This document shows, in pieces, positions 19,937-30,248 of a DNA stretch of 64,000 nucleotides; position 1 is the stretch's first letter, and each line of letters begins with the position of its first letter. A program made the translations under genes and the position numbers. The DNA is from Desulfomonilia bacterium (GTDB taxonomy: Bacteria > Desulfobacterota > Desulfomonilia > UBA1062). The stretch lies in NCBI GenBank assembly GCA_963664325.2, contig CAXXDQ010000004.1, positions 160,001 to 224,000 of the forward strand, in the 5' to 3' direction. The notes below the pieces were generated by a model. That model was not told where the DNA came from, searched no databases, and saw only the letters and a program-made list of their open reading frames with translations.

Positions 19937-20767
19937 TCAGATGTTAACCAGTATTGTCATCGGCAATAAAGCCATGATTACAATCATGAGGAGGTAAAGG
20001 ACTATCGTCTTTTTTATTTCACCCCAGCCGTCCCTGGATTCAACCCACCTGAAAGAGAACGAGAACATGAAAACAAGCAGAATCCAGTCAATGAAATTAA
20101 TCAGCGGAATTCCGAAGAACCTTGTGGGATACCTCAGGCCGACCGGGAAGAACCCGGCAAAGAACCTCAGTACCGCGTTATCCGGCGTGTTCATAAAGAC
20201 ATGGTTATTAAAGTTGTAGGCATCGATCATTCCCGGGCCGATCGAGACGACGCCTTTTGCACACGGAACCCAAAGCCACCAGTTATATATCGTGGCCAGA
20301 GGGTCTTCGATAAGGTCGATCAGGACGCAAAAGCTTGCATCGATTGCCGCCAGCAGAAGGATGGTCTTGACTATCGTTCCTTTAAAGATTGTAAAATCTG
20401 TGCCCTTCGGGTGGTATCCGTCCTTTTCGTAGGCCTTCAGGGAGCGCGGGCCGTAAATTATCCTGTTGGTGAACTCGATAATGATGTACACAAGCGCCAC
20501 CCAGGAAAGCGGATTCAAAAGAGGGGTAGCATAAACGTAGCAGTTAAAGCCCGGGTATATATAGGCCCCGCAGAGAACGCCGAGATTTTCAACAACCGCA
20601 GTCAGCATGAAACCTGCCGAAAATTCCCTGAACGTCCTTTTCCAGCCGTGCACCCATGAGGAATGGGCAAAGCACACGGCAAACATCAAGATGAGGCTGA
20701 CCTCGAACATCATCTTCAGAAAGCGTGCCGGGTCAATCCCGAGTACATCAAAAACTGCTTTTACCAT
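19937..20767 (-). CDS. DUF422/CruF-like integral membrane protein
   Basis: E..G...G.Y.Y, PL..P..W, DL..DP, W.W and GIPL.NF..W motifs. Confidence 0.65.
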   Translation of the reverse strand: MVKAVFDVLGIDPARFLKMMFEVSLILMFAVCFAHSSWVHGWKRTFREFSAGFMLTAVVENLGVLCGAYIYPGFNCYVYATPLLNPLSWVALVYIIIEFTNRIIYGPRSLKAYEKDGYHPKGTDFTIFKGTIVKTILLLAAIDASFCVLIDLIEDPLATIYNWWLWVPCAKGVVSIGPGMIDAYNFNNHVFMNTPDNAVLRFFAGFFPVGLRYPTRFFGIPLINFIDWILLVFMFSFSFRWVESRDGWGEIKKTIVLYLLMIVIMALLPMTILVNI

Positions 20768-20770
20768 GCA

Positions 20771-21616
20771 CTATCCTCCCGTTACATATTCCGGCCATTT
20801 CTTTCGTGGAACCATGCTGATTGCATTGTTCTTACAGACCTTGATGCACTGGCCGCATCCGTAACACCGGTCAGGCGACACCAGTGAAGAATGGTTCCTG
20901 CCGTTTCCATTTACAATCCGCCGGGCCCTGAAATGACAGACCTTCATGCAATTTCCGGCGGCATCGCACCTGCTTTTATCAGTACAGGCAACACTGTCCC
21001 CGTGGATAATAACCTTCGATTTGTAGCCTATTGCCTCGTTTGCAAGAAAAGGCGCGCACGTGGGAGAGGAGCAGTGGCATATACCGGCGTCCCCGTCCCT
21101 TATCACATAGACATTGGACACCAGGCCCATGTTCTGGCAACCGGCCTCAATTTCAAGGAGTTCTTTCTTGTCAATCATGCGGTATGTCTTGAGCCTGCCG
21201 AACTTTTCGCCGCAGGTTCCTATCTGGATATCCACATCAATTGGAGTATCCCTGAACATATCGAGCCGACCTGCGGCAAGGTCCCTTGCGTCGGGGCCGA
21301 GGTCCCTGGCGGTATCAAGCCTGCATGCACAAGGGCCGGCCGCGATGGGAAATTCTTCCGGCAGGTTATTGATGTAGCCGTATATTTCATCCTCGCTCAT
21401 GATTTTTGTTACAACGGTGGCCGATGCCAGGACATCAATTATACGGTGTACCAGTCTGATGGGGAGCTTTTTCTCCACCTCAAGAAATCCGAGTACGGTC
21501 TGCATGACAAGAGGCTCCCGAGGGGCATAGAATTCTATGAGCTTCTCGCGGCCCTTCCTGTCATGGATTTTAACCCTTTCGTCGTGGCCTTTAAGCCAGG
21601 GTTCCTTGTCTTTCAT
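20771..21616 (-). CDS. 4Fe-4S dicluster (ferredoxin-domain) protein
   Basis: CACR and ICHCS..C, then CxxxGxCxxxC and CYGCGQCIKVC. Confidence 0.85.
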   Translation of the reverse strand: MKDKEPWLKGHDERVKIHDRKGREKLIEFYAPREPLVMQTVLGFLEVEKKLPIRLVHRIIDVLASATVVTKIMSEDEIYGYINNLPEEFPIAAGPCACRLDTARDLGPDARDLAAGRLDMFRDTPIDVDIQIGTCGEKFGRLKTYRMIDKKELLEIEAGCQNMGLVSNVYVIRDGDAGICHCSSPTCAPFLANEAIGYKSKVIIHGDSVACTDKSRCDAAGNCMKVCHFRARRIVNGNGRNHSSLVSPDRCYGCGQCIKVCKNNAISMVPRKKWPEYVTGG

Positions 21617-21638
21617 TGTTCAGTAGCCTTTCTGATAT

Positions 21639-23027
21639 CTATGATTTTGAATTTATAAATTCCAGGGCTTCGTTTCTGTTTGAGATCAGCCCTTCTGCCC
21701 GGGCTTCCTCGATCCGGATGAGGAGTCTGCCGACTTCGGGACCGGGTTTGATTCCAAGGGCTTTCATGACATCATCACCGTTTAGAAGCGGCTCCTTCCT
21801 GTTGCACAGATATACTTCGGTATAGTATGTCCAGATGCGCCTGATTATCTCCTCGATGTCAGTTCTGGCACCGATGTAGCCGGGGTCTTTACCCGTGGCT
21901 GTTGCATCCGCGGAGGAAAGCAGCAGGAGTTCAGGCACGAACGCCTCAGCGTTTTTTATAAGCCTGTGCATGGCCTTAACCGTCACTATGCCGCCGCAGG
22001 CCAGGTCCAGGATACGCATATGCATCTCGATCAGGCCTGTGATTTTCGAGCAGAAAGAGGTTGAAAATCTCAGGTCCCTGCATAACCCGCCCGCAAGCTG
22101 GGCGCCTACACCCGCATGAGAATAGAAATGCACCATGCCGTTTTCCGCATCCTCGCGCGTAGAAGGCTTGCCGATATCATGGAGGAATGAGGCGAATCTG
22201 AGCAGACAGGCCCTGTCAATACCGTCCTCGACCTCTTCCCTCAGCATTGCTCCGGCCCCGGGCAGCAGATCGTCAGCACCTTCAATGAGCGCCTCAACCG
22301 ATTCGGCGCAGAGGATGGCATGCTTTATCAGCGGCCAGCGGTGGTAAACTCCCTGATAGATGTCATCGTATCCCGGGAATAATATTTCCCTGATCCCGGT
22401 CAGCTCCATAAGTGAAAAAATCCTTGAACCTCTTCTGCATGAAAGTGCAGAAGTCAGTTCCTGTTTGATCCGTTCCGGTGCAACATCCGTAAGTCCCGGC
22501 GCATACTTTTCTATAAGTGCCAGGGTCGTCTTATCTATCGAAAATTCAAGGACCGCCGCAAACCTGAGGCACCTCAAGGTCCTGAGCGCATCGTCTGAAA
22601 AGCCCCTTTCTGATACTGCCCTGATGATTTTTCTATCAAGGTCTGCGGTACCGTTTACAGGATCGATTATTTCCATCTTTGAAAGGTTAAGAGCGATTGC
22701 ATTGATGGTGATGTCCCGGTTCTTAAGGTCTTCATCAAGGGTTTCCCCTTTCGGAGCGCACACATCCAGCGTGATGCCATCTGCAGATACGGTTCTTGCA
22801 ATGCCGCGGCCTTCATCCATCCAGAATGGTTTTGAACCGAAACAGGCCGCCAGTGAAACGGCTTTGTCCCAGACATTGCCGAAGGTCAGTATGTCGTAAT
22901 CCAGCGGGTCTTTTCCGAGCAGCAGATCCCTTACGCTGCCGCCGACGAGGTAGTCGCTTTCGTCAAGAGACGGGCTGATCCGTCTTATTACCCCGTTATT
23001 TGATGCGATAGTCAACGGCTCGGGCAT
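21639..23027 (-). CDS. CCA-adding enzyme / poly(A) polymerase family protein with HD domain
   Basis: YLVGGSVRD..L....DYD, RDITINA, DDALRTLR..RF, ERI..EL, HDIGKP, and C-terminal LLNG.D....GIKPGP. Start moved to ATG 23027, overlapping the end of hisD. Confidence 0.9.
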   Translation of the reverse strand: MPEPLTIASNNGVIRRISPSLDESDYLVGGSVRDLLLGKDPLDYDILTFGNVWDKAVSLAACFGSKPFWMDEGRGIARTVSADGITLDVCAPKGETLDEDLKNRDITINAIALNLSKMEIIDPVNGTADLDRKIIRAVSERGFSDDALRTLRCLRFAAVLEFSIDKTTLALIEKYAPGLTDVAPERIKQELTSALSCRRGSRIFSLMELTGIREILFPGYDDIYQGVYHRWPLIKHAILCAESVEALIEGADDLLPGAGAMLREEVEDGIDRACLLRFASFLHDIGKPSTREDAENGMVHFYSHAGVGAQLAGGLCRDLRFSTSFCSKITGLIEMHMRILDLACGGIVTVKAMHRLIKNAEAFVPELLLLSSADATATGKDPGYIGARTDIEEIIRRIWTYYTEVYLCNRKEPLLNGDDVMKALGIKPGPEVGRLLIRIEEARAEGLISNRNEALEFINSKS

Positions 23028-24282
23028 GCGCCTCCAGGTCTTCTGCTCGGGCAATTTTAGCCGCCTTCGGCCCAAGTTCCAGGACCGCCTTTTTTGACAT
23101 GCCGACAATGGAAGTCCTCTTCACGAAATCATGCACCCCCAGCGGCGAATAAAACCTGGCCGTGGAAGAAGTCGGGAGAGTATGGTTCGGGCCGGCAATA
23201 TAGTCACCTATCGACTCCATGCAGTGGTATCCCAGAAACACGGCGCCCGCATTTTCAACCAGTCCGAGCAGGTCGAAGGGATTCGCCACCATGAGCTCAA
23301 GGTGTTCCGGGGCAATCAGGTTGGCGATGTCGATCGCCTCGTTTATGTCCAGCGTCAGGATGCAGGCGCCATGTCTTGAGAGCGATTCCTTAGCAACGGC
23401 CTTCCTGGGCAGCGTTTCCGTCTCGGCATCGAGGAGCTGTAGGACTTTCCCGGCCAGCCTTTTATCGGGGGTAATAAGTATGGATGAGGCCGCAGTATCG
23501 TGTTCGGCCTGCGACAGCAGGTCTATTGCCACCCATTTGGGATCTGCTCCGCCGTCCGCTACAACGACTATCTCAGAAGGCCCGGCCACGGCTTCGATGC
23601 CGATAACGCCCTGCAGTATGGATTTTGCATGGGCGACATAAACATTGCCCGGGCCCACCACCTTGTCCACCCTGGGGATGGACTCCGTGCCGAATGCAAG
23701 AGCCGCAACGGCCTGAGCCCCACCTATCCTGAAGATTTTCTCTATGCCCGCGATATGCGCGGCGGCCAGCAGGGCGTCGTTTGCCTTTCCGTCCGGCGTC
23801 GGAGAGACGGCAACAATTGTTTTCACGCCTGCAATATGAGCTGGAATCACATTCATGAGCAGCGTTGAAGGGAACGAGTTCCGGCCGCCCGGCGTATATA
23901 CGCCCACGCTGCCTACCGGCGTCACTTTCTGTCCGAGTATGGAACCGGTTTCATCCGTGGTTATCCAGGAATTTTCTTTCTGACGCGAATGATAAGCCTC
24001 GATCCTTTCCGCAGCGGTTTTGAGCGCGTCAAACAGGGCCTTGTCTATCCGGGAGGCGGCCTTGCCGATATCTTTTGAGGTAAGCACTATACCGGTCTTA
24101 TCGGGATCGAACCTGTCGAACCGGCGCGTCAGGTCAAACAGGGCTTCATCACCTTCATCCCTGATCCTGTCGATTATCTCCCTGACAACAATATCTACAT
24201 CAGGCGGAATGCCCCTTTTCCGTTCAAGGATTTCGTCAAGCCTGAGCTTCCACCCTGTTTCGGCTGCATTGATGGTTTCCAT
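22996..24282 (-). CDS. hisD: Histidinol dehydrogenase
   Basis: Motifs GGAQAVAALAFGT, GPGNVYV, AGPSE, LLSQAEHD, APEHLE and GPNHTLPT. Confidence 0.97.
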   Translation of the reverse strand: METINAAETGWKLRLDEILERKRGIPPDVDIVVREIIDRIRDEGDEALFDLTRRFDRFDPDKTGIVLTSKDIGKAASRIDKALFDALKTAAERIEAYHSRQKENSWITTDETGSILGQKVTPVGSVGVYTPGGRNSFPSTLLMNVIPAHIAGVKTIVAVSPTPDGKANDALLAAAHIAGIEKIFRIGGAQAVAALAFGTESIPRVDKVVGPGNVYVAHAKSILQGVIGIEAVAGPSEIVVVADGGADPKWVAIDLLSQAEHDTAASSILITPDKRLAGKVLQLLDAETETLPRKAVAKESLSRHGACILTLDINEAIDIANLIAPEHLELMVANPFDLLGLVENAGAVFLGYHCMESIGDYIAGPNHTLPTSSTARFYSPLGVHDFVKRTSIVGMSKKAVLELGPKAAKIARAEDLEAHARAVDYRIK

Positions 24283-24286
24283 GATA

Positions 24287-25552
24287 TCAAAGACCTCCCT
24301 TTTCCCTCCTGATCGAGGCTCCGACCGAGTTCAGCTTTTTGTCGAGCCCCTCATACCCCCTGTCAAGGTGGTATATGCGCCTGATTTCAGTGTATCCCCT
24401 CGCATTGAGACCGGCCAGGACAAGGCTTGCCGAGGCCCTCAAATCCGTTGCCATCACATTCGCACCTTCAAAGCGCTTTATACCGTGAATGATAACCGTG
24501 TTCCCGCGTTCTTCAAGGCTTGCGCCCATCCTTATAAGTTCCGGCACATGCATGAAGCGGTTTTCGAATATGTTCTCGGTTATGCTCGAGACGCCGCCGG
24601 CAATACATGCGAGCGTCATGATCTGGGCCTGCATGTCCGTCGGGAAGCTCGGAAAAGGGGCCGTGCTGACATCTACCGGCATGAGGTCCACATTGCCGTC
24701 AACATCGATTACTCCCGGTCCTTCGCAGGATATCTTCACACCCATTTCACTGAGCTTTTCCGATACGGCCTCGACATGGTCGCTCCTCGCATTATTGATC
24801 CTGAGCCTGCCTTTTGTTATGGCCGCGGCAGCCATGAGCGTCCCCACCTCTATCCGGTCCGGGATAACCGTATGCTCAAGGCCTTTAAGTTCCTTGACAC
24901 CGTGCACGGTTATGGTCCTCTGCCCCGCGCCTTCAATCTGCGCGCCCATGGCGGTAAGCGCATCCGCAAGGTCGGTAATTTCAGGCTCCATAGCAGCGCC
25001 TTCTATTACGGTTGTGCCCTCGGCCAGGCTCGCCGCCATCAGGACGTTTTCCGTACCGCCTACCGTGGTGCTGCTGAATATTATGCGGGCACCTTTCAGC
25101 TTTTTCGCCTTTGCATAGACATAACCGTGCTTGAGTTCAATCTCGGCCCCCATCTTTGCCATCGCCTTCAAATGCAGGTCGATCGGCCTTACCCCGATTG
25201 CACAGCCTCCCGGCAGGGAGACCTTGGCCTGGCCGAACCTCGCGAGCAGAGGTCCCAGTACGAGTATGGAGGCGCGCATGCTTTTGACCAGCTCATACGG
25301 GGCGGCAAAGCAGTTTATGTTCGAGGGGTCAATTTCGACAACACCCTTTTCCAACCTTTCATATTTAACGCCAAGAACCGTCAGCACTTCAAGCATGGTA
25401 TGAATGTCCATCAGCTGTGGAATGTTCCTGTATCTGCACAAGCCCCCCGCAAGGATTGAGGTGCATAAAACCGGAAGCGCCGCATTCTTCGAGCCCGATA
25501 CATGGACATCGCCGATCAGGGTCTTGCCGCCGTCGATAACGAACTTGTACAT
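24287..25552 (-). CDS. murA: UDP-N-acetylglucosamine 1-carboxyvinyltransferase
   Basis: Motifs SGSKNAALP, MRAS, LPGGCAIG.RPIDLH (catalytic Cys), PDRIE.GT, FPTDMQAQ and DLRASA. Confidence 0.97.
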   Translation of the reverse strand: MYKFVIDGGKTLIGDVHVSGSKNAALPVLCTSILAGGLCRYRNIPQLMDIHTMLEVLTVLGVKYERLEKGVVEIDPSNINCFAAPYELVKSMRASILVLGPLLARFGQAKVSLPGGCAIGVRPIDLHLKAMAKMGAEIELKHGYVYAKAKKLKGARIIFSSTTVGGTENVLMAASLAEGTTVIEGAAMEPEITDLADALTAMGAQIEGAGQRTITVHGVKELKGLEHTVIPDRIEVGTLMAAAAITKGRLRINNARSDHVEAVSEKLSEMGVKISCEGPGVIDVDGNVDLMPVDVSTAPFPSFPTDMQAQIMTLACIAGGVSSITENIFENRFMHVPELIRMGASLEERGNTVIIHGIKRFEGANVMATDLRASASLVLAGLNARGYTEIRRIYHLDRGYEGLDKKLNSVGASIRREKGGL

Positions 25553-25598
25553 TTGTCAACCTCGGTTATTTTTCATGACTATATAAAGTATTGGACAA

Positions 25599-27299
25599 TT
25601 ATTCAATCGGCAGTGTTACGGTGAACGTCGTGCCCTTTAAAGGGATGCTTTCCGCCGTAATCCTTCCTTTGTGAAGTGTAGTGATATGCTTTGCAATCGA
25701 CAGGCCCAGGCCGGTTCCGCCAACGCTGCGCGACCGCGATTTGTCAACAACGTAGAACCTCTCGAATATACGTGGCAGGTGCTCCCGCGGAATCCCTATG
25801 CCGGTGTCCGTGACGGATATAACGGCATTTCCGCCATCTGTCTTCACACCCACTGAAATCTCGCCTTTTTCGGTATATTTGATGGCATTGTCTATCAGGT
25901 TGGTCAGAAGCTGCTCTATCCTGAAACTGTCGGCTGATATGACAACCGGTTCCAGTTCGGTCTTGATTGAAAGCCCCTTCTGCCGGGCTTTGGGTTCAAA
26001 CAGAGCCACAACCGAGCTTATCACCGAACCCATGTCGACTTTTTCCATGCCGAGGCTGACGGGCCTGTCCTCAAGCTCCGAGAGCACAAGCAGATCCTGT
26101 ACAATATTTATCAGCCGGTCCGTGTGGCGTTTGACGATTTCAAGGTAACCCGTTTGCTCAACTCCGGCCTCATCCAGGAGCGTCTCGACAAAACCCTTTA
26201 TCGCCGTAAGCGGGGTTCTCAGCTCATGGGAAATGTTGACCACAAGGTCTTTTTTTATCTGCTCCACATGTTTCATGTCTGTTATGTCATGGAATATGAG
26301 GACATGTCCCGAGATCACGCGTGTGGCGCTGGCCAGGAATATCCTGCCTGATATCTCTATTTCAGTTTGTGCGTGGCTCAGTTGGCTTTCCAGAATCTCC
26401 CTGAGCGATTCCGACCGCAGAATCTCCCAGTAGTATCTGCCTTCCAGACTCAATGAGCCTAGGATATTCTTTGCACTGGCATTGACGATGACGACCCTGC
26501 CGTCAGAATCAAGCAGCAGAAGACCTTCGGACATGGAGGAGATGATGCCCTCAAGTTCGTCTTTGTGCCTCTTGGTGCTTTCAAAGTATAAAGAAAGCTT
26601 TTCGGTCATATCGTTGAACCCCTCCGCAAGACCCCGGAGTTCAGCTTCATCCATCTTCCGGACCCTTATGGAGAAATCACCGGATGCGATTTTTTTCGCC
26701 GCATTCCTGAGCTCGAGCAGGGGCCTTGAAACCCTGGCGGAGAACACGTAGGCGACGATGAGGGACAGTATGCTTATGGCGCAGAGGACAAAGAAAAGCC
26801 GGTATTTGAGCATGCTGAATATCTGCCCTTCCGCCGGCAGGCTGTAGCGTATCACTCCGATTATATCACCGTTTCTCTTCAGAGGCACGGCCACGTATAT
26901 CATCTCTTTAAGCACGCTTGTGCTGTACCTCACTGAGCGGCCTGTCTTTCCCGAATAGGCCGCAGCTATTTCCGGCCTTGATTTGTGGTTGTACATGGTG
27001 GATGGCTCAACCGCTGAATCGGCCCTGACCACACCGTCATTATCGATTACCGTGATGCGGTTCATATTAAGGTTGCCGTAATGGCTGACGATTGACCTCA
27101 ATTCTTTAATCCTGCCGGCCGAAAGCAGTTCGGAGGCCTTGTCGTAGACGGGCCTGTTTCTTATGATCAGCGAGTTTTCCGTTTTTTCTATATAAAAGTC
27201 ATAGATGACTTCAAAGGAAAGGAAAAGAGTTACAGCGGAGACAATTACTGCCGTTATAAAGAATCCGGTAAGGACTTTCAGGAATATGGATTTTTTCAT
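25599..27299 (-). CDS. phoR: Sensor histidine kinase, PhoR-like (TM-sensor-TM-HAMP-PAS-HisKA-HATPase)
   Basis: Periplasmic NH..RPEI..A, H-box SHELRTPLTAIKGF.ETL, NLIDNAIKY, and IFERFYVVDKSRSR..GGTGLGL typical of PhoR. Confidence 0.8.
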   Translation of the reverse strand: MKKSIFLKVLTGFFITAVIVSAVTLFLSFEVIYDFYIEKTENSLIIRNRPVYDKASELLSAGRIKELRSIVSHYGNLNMNRITVIDNDGVVRADSAVEPSTMYNHKSRPEIAAAYSGKTGRSVRYSTSVLKEMIYVAVPLKRNGDIIGVIRYSLPAEGQIFSMLKYRLFFVLCAISILSLIVAYVFSARVSRPLLELRNAAKKIASGDFSIRVRKMDEAELRGLAEGFNDMTEKLSLYFESTKRHKDELEGIISSMSEGLLLLDSDGRVVIVNASAKNILGSLSLEGRYYWEILRSESLREILESQLSHAQTEIEISGRIFLASATRVISGHVLIFHDITDMKHVEQIKKDLVVNISHELRTPLTAIKGFVETLLDEAGVEQTGYLEIVKRHTDRLINIVQDLLVLSELEDRPVSLGMEKVDMGSVISSVVALFEPKARQKGLSIKTELEPVVISADSFRIEQLLTNLIDNAIKYTEKGEISVGVKTDGGNAVISVTDTGIGIPREHLPRIFERFYVVDKSRSRSVGGTGLGLSIAKHITTLHKGRITAESIPLKGTTFTVTLPIE

Positions 27300-27976
27300 C
27301 CCTCCACCTTGTATCCTGCTCCCCTGACATTCTGGATAAGGGCGGCCCCTTCTCCGAGCTTTTCCCTCAGATTTTTAATATGAACGTCAACGGTGCGGTC
27401 GATGACCGCCTTTTCATTTCCCCACAAGTGGTCAAGTATCCTTTCCCGTGAAAAAACCTTCCCCCTGTTGGCGGCCAGAAACGCCAGTATCTTGAATTCA
27501 ACGGCGGTAACGGGAACGGCTTCCCCTTTGACCGTGACCCTGAAGCGCTCCTGGTCGATCTCGATCAGCTCGCCGATTTTTATGATGCCCTGGGTTAAAC
27601 CCGACGTCCTCCTGAGAACCGCCTTTACCCGGGCCACCATTTCACGCGGTGAAAAAGGCTTCGTTATGTAGTCGTCGGCGCCCGACTCAAGCCCCGTGAC
27701 CTTGTCGGTCTCCATGCTCTTGGCGGTAAGCATGATCACAGGGATATCCTTTGTCTCGTCATCCGATTTGAGCGCCCTGCATATATCCATGCCGTCGGCA
27801 TCGGGCAGCATGAGGTCAAGCAGGACAAGGTCCGGCTTTCTGTTCCCGGCAATGAACTTCCTGAAGCCGAACGCATCCGTAAAGCCGGCGGCCTCAAAAC
27901 CCGCCTTTTTAAGATGCAGGCTCACAAGGTGGAGAATATCCGGTTCGTCGTCAACTATTGCTATTAAGGATGCCAT
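27296..27976 (-). CDS. phoB: OmpR/PhoB-family response regulator
   Basis: LLDLMLP, MLTAK and GADDYITKPFS; winged helix with RTVDVHIKNLREKL and VRGAGY; 4-nt overlap with the phoR-like gene. Confidence 0.75.
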   Translation of the reverse strand: MASLIAIVDDEPDILHLVSLHLKKAGFEAAGFTDAFGFRKFIAGNRKPDLVLLDLMLPDADGMDICRALKSDDETKDIPVIMLTAKSMETDKVTGLESGADDYITKPFSPREMVARVKAVLRRTSGLTQGIIKIGELIEIDQERFRVTVKGEAVPVTAVEFKILAFLAANRGKVFSRERILDHLWGNEKAVIDRTVDVHIKNLREKLGEGAALIQNVRGAGYKVEG

Positions 27977-28051
27977 TTGCTTCTCCTTATTAGTTTTATG
28001 TTTATTTTATTTACTGCGAATAACCGCCGGTAACAATCATAAATGCTCGGC

Positions 28052-28106
28052 TTAACCAAAATTTCATCATTCATTAACCTGCGGTTAATCCTGCCCGGTT
28101 ATTAAT
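28052..28106 (+). promoter_or_regulatory. Pho-box-like tandem repeats upstream of the porin gene
   Basis: TTAACC (28052), TTCATC (28063), TTAACC (28074) and TTAATC (28085) at exact 11-bp spacing, followed by TATTAAT at 28100. Confidence 0.65.
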
Positions 28107-28138
28107 CAGTCAAACTTTTCAATCAAAGGAGATTAAAT

Positions 28139-29347
28139 ATGGGCAAAAAATGGTTATCAATCTTAACAATGTTTTTTCTGATTACGGGAATACCTGCAGC
28201 GGCATATGCCGCCAAGTTCAAACTTGCGGACATCGACTGGGAGTTATCTGGCAGCGTAAGGCTTGACACAGGCTACAGGTTTTCCGACCTGGGCAGCACG
28301 CCCACGACACCGGCGGGCCAGGAATCGAAACAGACCGACTGGTTTCTGGAAAATCCCGGAAACAGCAGGCTTGGCCTGAAGGCGACATATGAAAACATAC
28401 TGGCCTACTATGAAGTCGGCATTCCTACTAACCCGGTTTCCATTACGACAAGGCATCTGTATGCCGTCTATGGCATCAACGACAGCAACAGCTTTCTGCT
28501 CGGCCAGACAACATCGGTTCTTGCGCCCCTTGACCCGGAACAGCATCTCAGACAGGACAAGCTTTTAAACGGTTTCGGCAACCTTTATCCCAGCAGAAAC
28601 CCGCAGTTCAGGTATTCATACAAGACCGGCGCAATAACCGTCAACATGGCGCTTGAGGATACAAAATCCGCATGTGCCGATACGGTGGTTAGCGGAAGCC
28701 ATATCACGGACAGCTATATCCCTGTTGTAGAGGCTTCTCTGGTCTACAAGAATGACATGCTCATGGTTTCCCCGAGCATCTATTACCAGAGTTACACCCT
28801 TAAGAAGAACGATGCGGTGGCCACTACAAAGACCGTCAGCATCGGGTCATGGGCGGCGGCGCTGGACGGAACGGTAAAGACCGACATCCTGCTTCTGGCC
28901 ATGGAAGTCTGGTACGGCCAGAACCTCAGCACATTCAGCATCGACCAGCGCTCCAGCACCAAAAAGACCACGACAATGGGCGCCCCGGTAGCGGACGCTT
29001 CCGGAGGCGACCTTAAAAACGTCAACAGCTTCGGCGGATGGCTGCAGCTGGGCATTCCGGTAAAACCTGTTACAATATACCTCGGTTACGGATACCAGCA
29101 GTCACAGGTCAGAAATGCCGACACAAGCGCTGTTACTTACGAGGACAAGATCAGCACACAGGGCGCTTATGTAAATGCCAAGTGGGAAGTGAAAAAAGGC
29201 TTTTTTGTTCAGCCTGAGGTAGCTTACTTTGACAACGGATCAGATGCGCAGAAAACTCTGAGCGCTAAAGACACCGTCTATGCGGCGGGTGATAACGACC
29301 TCGGTGGCGATCTCTACGCAGGCATTCACTTCCAGTACGATTTCTGA
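28139..29347 (+). CDS. Outer-membrane porin, possibly induced by phosphate starvation
   Basis: Signal peptide (AYA|A), NSRLG motif, amphipathic beta-strands and C-terminal GIHFQYDF ending in Phe; divergent from phoBR. Confidence 0.8.
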   Translation: MGKKWLSILTMFFLITGIPAAAYAAKFKLADIDWELSGSVRLDTGYRFSDLGSTPTTPAGQESKQTDWFLENPGNSRLGLKATYENILAYYEVGIPTNPVSITTRHLYAVYGINDSNSFLLGQTTSVLAPLDPEQHLRQDKLLNGFGNLYPSRNPQFRYSYKTGAITVNMALEDTKSACADTVVSGSHITDSYIPVVEASLVYKNDMLMVSPSIYYQSYTLKKNDAVATTKTVSIGSWAAALDGTVKTDILLLAMEVWYGQNLSTFSIDQRSSTKKTTTMGAPVADASGGDLKNVNSFGGWLQLGIPVKPVTIYLGYGYQQSQVRNADTSAVTYEDKISTQGAYVNAKWEVKKGFFVQPEVAYFDNGSDAQKTLSAKDTVYAAGDNDLGGDLYAGIHFQYDF

Positions 29348-29367
29348 TACCCATATCCTTCCCCTTA

Positions 29368-29402
29368 AGCCCCCGGCGGTATCAAGGCCGGGGGCTCTTT
29401 TT
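29368..29402 (+). terminator. Rho-independent terminator of the porin gene
   Basis: Stem AGCCCCCGGC-N9-GCCGGGGGCT followed by CTTTTT. Confidence 0.75.
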
Positions 29403-29442
29403 CCACAAGAAGCAACTCAATTTCATTCAAAAAGTATTTACT

Positions 29443-30204
29443 TCATGTCGCGACAATAATTTTTACCCCGGCTTTTTTATATTGTTTTATTAATGCCGGA
29501 GAAAGAGACCCGTCCGTAATGATGTTTTTTGTATGTTCCAAGGGCAGGAATGTGTGAAAGGCGGGAGAAGAGAATTTGGATGCGTCGGCCAGGATATAGC
29601 TCTCTCTCGCATGCGCATGCATTACTCCTTTGATCTTCGATTCATTGACATTGTTCGATGCGCAACCCATTTCGATAGAGATGCCGGCTGCTCCAATAAA
29701 GGACTTGTTCACATAAAAGCTTGAAAGGCACGATTCCGTTATAGCGCCCCCAAAGGCTCCTTCCCTCTCTTCAAAGCTGCCGCCGGTGCAGATGATATTG
29801 ATCCCCACCTTGTTTTTCAGGATATTTATGATGTTCAGCGAATGGGTGATCACGGTGATGGAGCGGTTTTCCGGAAACGACTCGGCCAGATAGGAACAGG
29901 TGGAACCTGCATCGACAAAGACCGTATCATCACGCTCGATGAGGGAGGCGGCATATGCGGCAATCTTGATTTTTTCGCTTATGTGCTGATTGATGCGGCT
30001 CGCGATGTGTGTGCTTACCAGAAGATTCTCGACCGGAATGGCCCCTCCATGCACCCGCGTTATCAGCCGCTCCTTCTCGAGCGCTATAAAATCGCGCCTT
30101 ACAGTCATGGCCGAGGTGTTCAGGCGATGGGCAAGTTCTTCCACCGCACAAAAACCGTTTTTATGAACGAATTCCAGTATTTTATTCTGTCTGTATGTCA
30201 GCAT
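29443..30204 (-). CDS. DeoR/GlpR-family transcriptional regulator
   Basis: RQNKIL...SAMTVRRDF..LE...RVHGGA, DAGST and ADASKF. Start moved to ATG 30204. Confidence 0.92.
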   Translation of the reverse strand: MLTYRQNKILEFVHKNGFCAVEELAHRLNTSAMTVRRDFIALEKERLITRVHGGAIPVENLLVSTHIASRINQHISEKIKIAAYAASLIERDDTVFVDAGSTCSYLAESFPENRSITVITHSLNIINILKNKVGINIICTGGSFEEREGAFGGAITESCLSSFYVNKSFIGAAGISIEMGCASNNVNESKIKGVMHAHARESYILADASKFSSPAFHTFLPLEHTKNIITDGSLSPALIKQYKKAGVKIIVAT

Positions 30205-30248
30205 CACATTGCTCCAGGACAATTTATTTTCGCTTGGTTCCTTCAGGT

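Noticed and set aside
24020-25459. 479-aa plus-strand ORF antisense to murA/hisD
   Set aside because: Shadow ORF opposite conserved genes, with no recognisable motifs. The same applies to the other long antisense ORFs (8682-9434, 20891-21658, 33594-34379, 34732-35592, 39842-40651, 63357-63980) and to the alternate-frame ORF 54100-54843.
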